A stretch of 64,000 nt of DNA from the IMG/VR virus record IMGVR_UViG_3300042691_032560. One strand, written 5' to 3'. Made by a program: the position numbers and the translations under genes. Of this stretch, positions 28,572 through 36,125 are shown piece after piece; position 1 is the first letter of the stretch, and every line of letters starts with the position of its first letter. This DNA is from an uncultured virus (IMG/VR IMGVR_UViG_3300042691_032560) (Duplodnaviria; Heunggongvirae; Uroviricota; Caudoviricetes). The notes beneath the pieces were generated by a model. The model was given only the letters and a program-made list of their open reading frames with translations, searched no databases and was not told the origin of the DNA.

Positions 28572-28746
28572 TATCAGTTTTTTTTCTTTCTTCCAAAATT
28601 TCACCTCTCAAGGTTTGTAACAAAGCCTTAAGTTCTTGAGCAGATTTTCTAGCTCTTGTCCCAGCACTTTTATTACCTTTGAAGAATTTGGTCGCATCCA
28701 TTGACAGTTCTTCTGTCAGTGATTTGATTTTTTCTAAAGTTTCCAT
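28564..28746 (-). CDS. histone H1-like Hc1 family protein
   Basis: DATKF.KGNKSAGTRARK..QELK motif typical of Bacteroidota Hc1-like proteins. Confidence 0.85.
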   Translation of the reverse strand: METLEKIKSLTEELSMDATKFFKGNKSAGTRARKSAQELKALLQTLRGEILEERKKTDNA

Positions 28747-28824
28747 CGTAATTATTTTTACAAATTTATTATAATAATTAATATTAATTTTTCCTTGATA
28801 GTAGTAAAGAGAAAAACAATTTTT

Positions 28825-29292
28825 TTATTTATTCATATTTTTATCGAGACTTTTATAGACAGTACTTATCATGTCCAAATCAGATTTGGTGAACGGTGTT
28901 TTCAAATCAAAAAGGTCTTCAAAAAAATCAGTAACTGAATCTCTTACTTTTTTATTTTCTTGTTTGTAGAATATTTCTTCGAAAAATGAAACCATGTAAT
29001 CGAAGTGTTCTCCTTTTTTGCTGAACTTGATGTTTTCTTTTAAAAAGTTATCTATGACTTTATTCCAGCACCAAATAAAGTGATTAATCTTATCCTCTTC
29101 AGACATATTAACTTTTGTTTCATTCGGTGAATCCGTTTCTCCTAAATAAGTCTCGATTATTAACTCATTTAATGACCTACAAAAATCAGAGAACAATTCC
29201 AATTTTTCAGGAATTATGTTGTTACTTTTGAACCATAAATCAACTTCTTCAGGGCTAACCTGTTTTGTAACGTAATTAAAAAAATTATCCAT
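28825..29292 (-). CDS. hypothetical protein
   Basis: 155 aa ORF; start codon lies inside a 12 bp inverted repeat. Confidence 0.7.
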   Translation of the reverse strand: MDNFFNYVTKQVSPEEVDLWFKSNNIIPEKLELFSDFCRSLNELIIETYLGETDSPNETKVNMSEEDKINHFIWCWNKVIDNFLKENIKFSKKGEHFDYMVSFFEEIFYKQENKKVRDSVTDFFEDLFDLKTPFTKSDLDMISTVYKSLDKNMNK

Positions 29293-29339
29293 AAGAAACT
29301 CTTATGGATAAAATATAGTTAAGATATTTTTAATGTATA

Positions 29340-30557
29340 TTATTGAGTCTTTTGATTATAACCAATTAAATTTTTCATTCTTTCAAACTCTTCATTTATT
29401 TGTTTTGTGGTTTTTTCATCAACTGACTCCAATTTCATCAAAATCTTATTAGCCTTTTCTCCATCTTGAGTGTCTTGAACGACTGGTTGTGGTGACTTAT
29501 TGTAAGCTTTTCTTTTAACCTTCGCTAACATGTTGTCTTTTCTAATTTTATTTCTTTTTTTGTTAACATCAGATTTACCTGTATTTACCCATTCAGGATT
29601 GTTTCCAGTTCTTGAAGAACCCTCAACATTGTCATCAACCCAATCCTCATTAGGATGAATTTCATCATAATCAAGATTTTCTAATCCCGCAGCTATAAAA
29701 TTATCTGTATAATCTTTAACCGCATCTGAAGGTGTGTAAGCCTTTTTATCCATCTTAGCTAACTCTCCGTTTCCCTTTGGAAATATTTCAGGATTCATAT
29801 CATATTCTCCTTTAGAACCATCTTTCAAATAATCCTTCATTTTTTTAACGACAGATTGTAAGTATTCTTTATTTTCCTTTCCTGAAGCGGTGTGGGCCTT
29901 TTGATAAACATTAAGACCTTTAGTTTTACCCATAGACTTTAATTTTTCCTCCTCCTGCAAAACAATTTTTTCAATGAAATCAATCATTTCACTTTCTGTC
30001 ATTCTAATAGATTCTTTAACATTATACTTTTTACCATCAACTTCAAAAGTTTCATATCCTTCTTCTTTAGCATTAGCCAAAGCGCCTGTAAAAGCATTAC
30101 CTTCTTCAACTTCTTCATCAGTTTCTTTTTTCATGCTTCTTAATTTTTTGAAGTCAGCACCTGTAATTTTACCTTTAGGTTCTGCAACATCAATTTTTTT
30201 CTGCCCACCGTGTAATTTTTCACTTACTTCACCACCCATAAATCTTTCTTCATGATATTTACAAGCAGCTTTATTATATTCATCACTACTTGTATCACAG
30301 AATTTATCAATCATACCTGCCGGGTCTGAACCAAATTCCTCTTCTTCAGCAACATAGTCAAAATTATCAGTTTCATTCATAGAACCAGATGAACACTGTT
30401 CACAAATTCCCTCTCTCGTTTCTCCACCACATTGTTCACAAACCATTTTATCACCTTCGGTTAATTTTGTAACTAATTCGTCAGCTCTTTCTTCAATAGT
30501 TTCGTTAATAATTTTATTTACTAACGAATTAATATAGTTGTTTAAAGACTTTTTCAT
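29340..30557 (-). CDS. charged multi-module protein, possible internal head protein
   Basis: TATTTAT 30579-30573; many [ILVM]-x-E sites; CEQC pair. Confidence 0.6.
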   Translation of the reverse strand: MKKSLNNYINSLVNKIINETIEERADELVTKLTEGDKMVCEQCGGETREGICEQCSSGSMNETDNFDYVAEEEEFGSDPAGMIDKFCDTSSDEYNKAACKYHEERFMGGEVSEKLHGGQKKIDVAEPKGKITGADFKKLRSMKKETDEEVEEGNAFTGALANAKEEGYETFEVDGKKYNVKESIRMTESEMIDFIEKIVLQEEEKLKSMGKTKGLNVYQKAHTASGKENKEYLQSVVKKMKDYLKDGSKGEYDMNPEIFPKGNGELAKMDKKAYTPSDAVKDYTDNFIAAGLENLDYDEIHPNEDWVDDNVEGSSRTGNNPEWVNTGKSDVNKKRNKIRKDNMLAKVKRKAYNKSPQPVVQDTQDGEKANKILMKLESVDEKTTKQINEEFERMKNLIGYNQKTQ

Positions 30558-30592
30558 GCGATTTTTTTATTTATAAATATCTAATTTTTACG

Positions 30593-31528
30593 TTATAGTT
30601 TATCTTTTATCAAATTATATTCGTACTCTATAATATTTTTAACGACCTGTTCACTGATGTTATACTTTTTACTAACATCTTTAATAACCTTGTTGAGAGT
30701 GTTATTTTCAAATATGTTTAAAGCTTTAATATCTCCTTGATTACAATAAGGAAACTTTTTACATTTCTTTTTTACTTGAACGAACTTTCCTTGGGGTATC
30801 TGTGTTTTTTTGAACGACTTACCTGAACCACGTTCATGATTACCTTTCATATTAACATCTTCAAATCCAGGAGCGTCATATGCGCCAGCTGAGGAAGCGC
30901 CCGTGGCTTCATTTGATTCAATTTTTTTAGGAGTCTCTTTAAAGCTTTTCTTAACAAAATCACTATCAGGATTAAATCCTACAGGTCCAACAAAACCTCC
31001 GGCCACCCCTGCACCAGTCGCTTCCTTATTCTCTATCTTCTCTAGTTTATCATAATATTTTGGGTCTTCCTTAAGGTGGTCCATTGCAATTTTCTTAGCC
31101 TTTTTAAGACCCATCTCATGTTCCATTTCAACTTTCATCCCTTTTTTAAGTTGTCTCTTGAGAATATTATATATTTTGGAAATTTTTTCAGTAGAATCAC
31201 TTTTAGAATGTTGTTTTGCCAAGTCATACAGTTTTATGTCTTTAACTTCAGATTCTTCAATCTCTTCCTTTACTTTCTTTTTTCTTCCTTGGCAATGGGC
31301 TTTTTGGCTAAATCCTTTGGGATTGTTACAATCTATACTTTTTTTGTATTTTTCAGACCATTTTTCTTCAATTTCCTCATTACTCTCTATCTTTTTTTGT
31401 AAAACATTAATGTCTTTCATTCCTTCGATAGGATTTGTTGACATAATATTAGAATTAGACAAAATATTGTCTGAAATTTTTGAAGAAAGTTGCTTGAGAA
31501 TATTCTCGGTTAATTTAATTTTACGCAT
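30593..31528 (-). CDS. DUF5661-like domain protein, possible internal head protein
   Basis: GMKVEMEH...AKKIAMDHLKEDPKYY; WSEKYKKSIDCNNPKGFSQKAHC module; LTE leader. Confidence 0.6.
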   Translation of the reverse strand: MRKIKLTENILKQLSSKISDNILSNSNIMSTNPIEGMKDINVLQKKIESNEEIEEKWSEKYKKSIDCNNPKGFSQKAHCQGRKKKVKEEIEESEVKDIKLYDLAKQHSKSDSTEKISKIYNILKRQLKKGMKVEMEHEMGLKKAKKIAMDHLKEDPKYYDKLEKIENKEATGAGVAGGFVGPVGFNPDSDFVKKSFKETPKKIESNEATGASSAGAYDAPGFEDVNMKGNHERGSGKSFKKTQIPQGKFVQVKKKCKKFPYCNQGDIKALNIFENNTLNKVIKDVSKKYNISEQVVKNIIEYEYNLIKDKL

Positions 31529-31766
31529 TTTTTAATCTTGGTTCCCAATATCCTCGTTGAGACCACATAAAATTGTAGAACTCTCTGAAGACTTTTATTA
31601 CTATTTCTTTAGTGTCACTTTCAAGTTTACCTCTACGGATTTCTTTAGACACTAATTCTAAAATCTTATCCTCATACTGTCTCATAGTGTTACTTCCGAT
31701 GAAATCCTTAATTTCCTTTCGAATCATAACTTCTATTTGTTTTTTATCTGAATCTGAAAGTGCCAT
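31521..31766 (-). CDS. hypothetical protein
   Basis: 81 aa ORF. Confidence 0.7.
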   Translation of the reverse strand: MALSDSDKKQIEVMIRKEIKDFIGSNTMRQYEDKILELVSKEIRRGKLESDTKEIVIKVFREFYNFMWSQRGYWEPRLKNA

Positions 31767-31768
31767 AG

Positions 31769-32173
31769 TTAAATTGCTAATAGTAATAGTATAAGAAATA
31801 CTCCTCCTGCGATAGTACCTCGTTTATACCATTTGAATTGTTTATTCTTAGAGTCCAATTCACTTTGGAGTTTTGTATTTACTTTACCGTACTCAACTAT
31901 TTGACCATCTTTTTGTTGAATAATAAATTGGTATGTTGAATCTTTCTTTTCCAAATAAGTTATCATGGTGTCTTTAAGAGATTCTCTTTCTTCAAGCTTT
32001 CCAATTTTTATATAAGCTTGAGTCAACTCGTCTTTACATCCATCATACTTAATTAAATCTTTTATAATCAGTCGTGCAGTCTGAGTACTAATTTCCAGCT
32101 GAGTTGTATCTTTTTGAGAAAAACTTTTTAAGCTCAGTATGAGTATACTTATCAACATTAATAACCTTACCAT
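31769..32173 (-). CDS. signal peptide + coiled-coil + C-terminal TM protein, spanin-like
   Basis: LISILILSLKSFS|Q; C-terminal GTIAGGVFLILLLLAI; overlaps the upstream gene. Confidence 0.5.
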   Translation of the reverse strand: MVRLLMLISILILSLKSFSQKDTTQLEISTQTARLIIKDLIKYDGCKDELTQAYIKIGKLEERESLKDTMITYLEKKDSTYQFIIQQKDGQIVEYGKVNTKLQSELDSKNKQFKWYKRGTIAGGVFLILLLLAI

Positions 32174-32435
32174 TTGTTTGAATTTTAATATCGTTTATTG
32201 TTTGGTCTACCGCCAAAATTTCGTTAGTCACATTGTTTATGTCGGCATCTAATTTTAGTAATTTTTCGTCTATCATTGAGTTTACAGCCGTTGCGGAATC
32301 TATAGATATTTGTAAACTATCAATCTTATCATAGTGCGATTGAACATCAGTTTTTATACCATTAGTCAAGAAAACTGAATATCCCACCAAAGCTACTATA
32401 ACAAATAACAATACTGTTTTTAAAATTTCGTTCAT
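32088..32435 (-). CDS. N-terminal TM coiled-coil protein, i-spanin-like
   Basis: TM helix followed by heptad-rich region. Confidence 0.5.
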   Translation of the reverse strand: MNEILKTVLLFVIVALVGYSVFLTNGIKTDVQSHYDKIDSLQISIDSATAVNSMIDEKLLKLDADINNVTNEILAVDQTINDIKIQTNGKVINVDKYTHTELKKFFSKRYNSAGN

Positions 32436-33040
32436 TTTTCTACCTTATTTGTTTTTTTACGTGAAGCCAAAACTTTAGCCCATTTTGACTTGAACTTATC
32501 ATAATAAGTTTTTAACTTATTAATCATCTCCACAAAATTTTCATCAGCCTTAATCATATCTCCATTAATGTACATTCCTCCGTCTTCACCTATTGAAAAG
32601 AAAAATTCAATATCAAAATCGATAATTTTTCCTGACCATTCAACATTGTTTGGATATACGTTTAATTTATTAAAATCTACCAAGTCTGATACCTCATTAA
32701 CAAACTCATCCATTGTTTCTTGGAACGCGATTTTATCGTCGGTTGTCAATTCTAAATCTGAGGAATCTTTTCCGTGTAAAACCATTATTCCCCCTGATAT
32801 TCTATAACCCTGACTTTTATCTCTGTCGGGTTCAGTATCGTCTTCGATTTTATCCTCAACAGACTTAGCAATATTCATTTTTTTAGTGATGTTATCTGAC
32901 GCTAAGTCCGAACCCTGTTCTGTAATAATACCATATCTATTCTTAATCTCACTTATCTGTTCGTTGATGGTATTATTCGAGAGCATACTCCTCGAAGCTT
33001 TTAATAATTTTTTAATTTCATCATGTGAATTGTTCATCAT
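32432..33040 (-). CDS. hypothetical protein
   Basis: 202 aa ORF with INEQ and ITEQ sites. Confidence 0.7.
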   Translation of the reverse strand: MMNNSHDEIKKLLKASRSMLSNNTINEQISEIKNRYGIITEQGSDLASDNITKKMNIAKSVEDKIEDDTEPDRDKSQGYRISGGIMVLHGKDSSDLELTTDDKIAFQETMDEFVNEVSDLVDFNKLNVYPNNVEWSGKIIDFDIEFFFSIGEDGGMYINGDMIKADENFVEMINKLKTYYDKFKSKWAKVLASRKKTNKVEK

Positions 33041-33626
33041 TCAAATATTTTAAAAATGTTTCAAAATTAAAGGCCGGACTCAAATCAGTAAAAACACTAT
33101 CGAAATTACTTTTTGAGGTTACCCCTCTAAATTTCTCAACTCCATTTATACGTGTGTTATGTTCCACAACCTCTCTTGGTATTCCTGTCTCATCTAAAAT
33201 TTTTCTACACAATTTAGCAGTGTATTCTATTTGAGTTTCGGTATAAGGTTGCCAAAAAAAATAGTCTCTCCATTTTTTTTCATAAGCGTCACCCTTATAA
33301 ATATCTCCAATCCAGTTAACATATTGATTATTTAATGGTTCTTTTTCTAACCATCCCAAATTTTCCAATGAAATAATTATGGAATTTCTGTTTATGTTTT
33401 CTTCAGAAAATATTTTAGAGTGAGATTCGTTTTCTAAAAGTTGTAATATCTTTCCATCTCGACTGACAACGTAGTTAGGTATTTTTTTATACCCACCGTT
33501 AAATCTATATTTCAAACTAAGGAGATATTCCTCAATATTTCTTGAGGTGTGTTGTAATATAATTTGTTGTTTTTTCTTCTGTTTACCTGTCGGCTTGAAA
33601 TCACCGTATTTGATAACTTCTATCAT
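33021..33626 (-). CDS. N-acetylmuramoyl-L-alanine amidase-like (Amidase_2)
   Basis: IILQHT, NYVVSRDG.I.QL, SIIISLEN, YTETQ and DLSP motifs; Zn ligands only partly canonical. Confidence 0.65.
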   Translation of the reverse strand: MIEVIKYGDFKPTGKQKKKQQIILQHTSRNIEEYLLSLKYRFNGGYKKIPNYVVSRDGKILQLLENESHSKIFSEENINRNSIIISLENLGWLEKEPLNNQYVNWIGDIYKGDAYEKKWRDYFFWQPYTETQIEYTAKLCRKILDETGIPREVVEHNTRINGVEKFRGVTSKSNFDSVFTDLSPAFNFETFLKYLNDEQFT

Positions 33627-33646
33627 AATATATCACAATTTGTGAT

Positions 33647-34387
33647 TTATTTTCTGTAGGTTAGTCTTTTTACCTGTGAATCAGTTTCTGTTGGTTCTTC
33701 AATCACTTCATCTAACTTATTTTCAACCGGAACTTCCACTATTCTTTCAACTATTTTTTCAACTTCGACAGGAACCTCTACAATTTTCTCAACCTCAACC
33801 GGTACTTCAATTACTTTTTCAACAATTTTTTCTACCTCAACCGGTACTTCTACAATCTTTTCGACTTCAACTATTTTTTCTATCTCAACAAACTTTTCTT
33901 CAACAACTACTTCAGACTTTTTACCACTATCATATTTTGTAAAGAAGTGTAATGATGTTAATGAAATTATCGGAAGTAACCCCCCTTCTAAAAACGCCAA
34001 CCATCTTTTTAGTGAGATAACATCATTCGTATCGGACCCTAAAGCCTCCCAAAGTGGTGAGGTTAACTCCACCCATGCTTTGAACAATTCACTATTAGCA
34101 TCGATTTCTTTATACGAATAAAAAATATTACCTATCATTTGTATTAAGGTGACCAATCCAAACATAAACCAAACTCCACCCTTTATTTTATTTGTTGCCG
34201 CAACAAGAGCTGTCATCGCACCTACCTCGATTGCGATTGAAAGATAAATTGCCCAATTAATTGGATTGGCGATATCGTACCATGCAACTACGTGAGAGAT
34301 TGATATTCCGGCTACCAATATAATTGGGACCAAGAACATTGTTCTGTTTGGATTATCCTTAATCCACTGTAAAGATTTCTTTATCAT
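33647..34387 (-). CDS. multi-TM membrane protein with EKIVEVPV repeat tail
   Basis: about four TM segments, then tandem VEKIVEVPVE repeats. Confidence 0.7.
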   Translation of the reverse strand: MIKKSLQWIKDNPNRTMFLVPIILVAGISISHVVAWYDIANPINWAIYLSIAIEVGAMTALVAATNKIKGGVWFMFGLVTLIQMIGNIFYSYKEIDANSELFKAWVELTSPLWEALGSDTNDVISLKRWLAFLEGGLLPIISLTSLHFFTKYDSGKKSEVVVEEKFVEIEKIVEVEKIVEVPVEVEKIVEKVIEVPVEVEKIVEVPVEVEKIVERIVEVPVENKLDEVIEEPTETDSQVKRLTYRK

Positions 34388-34677
34388 TGGGCTCTTAAAC
34401 TGTCGATTATCTCTCCAATTTTACCCTGTCTATTTACATCCATGATGTCTCTGTCAGTTGATTGAATCATTCTTCTTTCAGTTTCGAGACCTTCGATTCT
34501 GATTTCTTTTCTCAACTCAATGGTCAAAGAATCTATTTTTGCATTGTTTAATTGTACTTGTGTTTTAACCTTATCTACTCGAGAGTTTGTAGAACAAGTT
34601 TTCATAAAAATAATAAGAATTAATAGGGTCATTAATCTAACTCCCCACACATCCAAAATGTTTAAAAAATTTTTCAT
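34384..34677 (-). CDS. membrane-anchored coiled-coil protein
   Basis: N-terminal hydrophobic helix followed by Cys. Confidence 0.6.
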   Translation of the reverse strand: MKNFLNILDVWGVRLMTLLILIIFMKTCSTNSRVDKVKTQVQLNNAKIDSLTIELRKEIRIEGLETERRMIQSTDRDIMDVNRQGKIGEIIDSLRAQ

Positions 34678-34703
34678 ATCAAATTAGTTTTTAAATAAAA
34701 TAA

Positions 34704-34735
34704 AAAACCTTCTATCATAATAAATAGAAGGTTTT
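34704..34735 (-). terminator. terminator of the sigma operon containing a TATTTAT motif
   Basis: AAAACCTTCTA/TAGAAGGTTTT arms; ATAAATA at 34720-34726. Confidence 0.6.
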
Positions 34736-34742
34736 CTGTTTT

Positions 34743-35543
34743 TTACATGTAGTCGAACAAAACCGAACTTTCGTTCCTCAGTTTTCTTAGAGCCTTTTCT
34801 TTAATTTGTCGTACTCTCTCTTTCGTCAAATTAAAGTCAGACCCTATGTCTTCGAGTGTTCTTGGTGTACCTGATAGTCCGAAATAATCCAATATGATTA
34901 TTCGTTCTCTCTCATCCAAAACGTTTAACAATCCAACTAGTTCCATCTTAAGAACGTCTTTGTTATTAAACACCGCATCAGGCATATCCGCGTCTTCGTT
35001 CTTAATAACATCAACCAAAGTATCACCTTCTTCATTGATGTTCATATCCAAATCAATAATAGACGGTAACATTTCAAATCTCTCATCCAATTTACCACCC
35101 TTAGATTCCACCTCTTTCTTTGCTCGTTGTAGGTCCTGAACCACATTTACTGGAAGTCGAATAGTACGAGCGTTGTCGTTGAGGGACTGTAAGATAGATT
35201 GTTTAACCCACCAAACCGCATATGATATAAACCTCAAGTTTTTACTCCAATCAAAGTTTTGAATGGCTTTCAATAGTCCTAAGTTACCCTCGGCAATCAA
35301 GTCAGGAAAATCCAAACCTTGATTTTGATATTGTTTTGCCACCGTGATAACAAACCTGAGATTACCTTCCAAAATTTCTTGGTTGATTTCATCTCGTTGT
35401 TGTTTGGTTAGATTTTCAGATTGAATCATCTTAGCCAACTCACGTTCCCTCTCGGGGGTCATAACCTTAATTTTACGAATATCTTTTAGGTAATGTTGAA
35501 TTTCTTCTTGATTAATTGGAATACCGGTGTTTTTTTCTTTCAT
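34743..35543 (-). CDS. RNA polymerase sigma70-family factor (RpoD-like, no region 1.1)
   Basis: YLKDI, NLRFVITVAKQYQNQG, DLIAEGNLGL, RFISYAVWW and TLEDIG..FNLTKERVRQIKEKALRKL. Confidence 0.93.
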   Translation of the reverse strand: MKEKNTGIPINQEEIQHYLKDIRKIKVMTPERERELAKMIQSENLTKQQRDEINQEILEGNLRFVITVAKQYQNQGLDFPDLIAEGNLGLLKAIQNFDWSKNLRFISYAVWWVKQSILQSLNDNARTIRLPVNVVQDLQRAKKEVESKGGKLDERFEMLPSIIDLDMNINEEGDTLVDVIKNEDADMPDAVFNNKDVLKMELVGLLNVLDERERIIILDYFGLSGTPRTLEDIGSDFNLTKERVRQIKEKALRKLRNESSVLFDYM

Positions 35544-35544
35544 A

Positions 35545-36099
35545 TTATATGTTTGAGTATTTTTCTAAAAGTTGTTTGTCTTCTTCTGTGAGCGAATTTA
35601 ATCCATTTTCGTTAATCTGGTCCAAAATTTCATCAAGAGTTTTTATTGGTTTCTTCTTCTTCAATCTTGGTAATATGTCAATATCAATCTCATCATCATA
35701 ATCTTCTATATTATCTTTCATATTTGCCAGTGCCTCATCAAGTCTTGAGAAAAAAGTTTGTGGTTCAACCAAATCCATCTCATCCGAATCGGGTGTTTCT
35801 TCGTCTAACTCTTTACCAAACAAATGTTCAAGAGTCGCATCATCAATTCTCGCGTTAATTTCAAAATCACTATAAGGTAACAAGAAATAAGAAATATCAA
35901 TCTTTTCTAATATTTTAGTAACTTTTTTAGATACCTCTTCGAACTGTGTTTCACTTTTAAATGTAAACACACAAGAGGTATCTCCATAAAAAAACTTTAT
36001 ATAATCAACATTGATGTTCAAAATAATATTGTCACATAACAAATTAACAAATTTGTCTTGATTATCTGTCTCTCCGAATATAAAAATAATGTACTTCAT
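35545..36099 (-). CDS. hypothetical protein with DUF6576-like C-terminus (start revised)
   Basis: LDEILDQINENGLNSLTEEDKQLL. Confidence 0.65.
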   Translation of the reverse strand: MKYIIFIFGETDNQDKFVNLLCDNIILNINVDYIKFFYGDTSCVFTFKSETQFEEVSKKVTKILEKIDISYFLLPYSDFEINARIDDATLEHLFGKELDEETPDSDEMDLVEPQTFFSRLDEALANMKDNIEDYDDEIDIDILPRLKKKKPIKTLDEILDQINENGLNSLTEEDKQLLEKYSNI

Positions 36100-36125
36100 A
36101 TAATTTTTTACAAAAATAACCAAAA

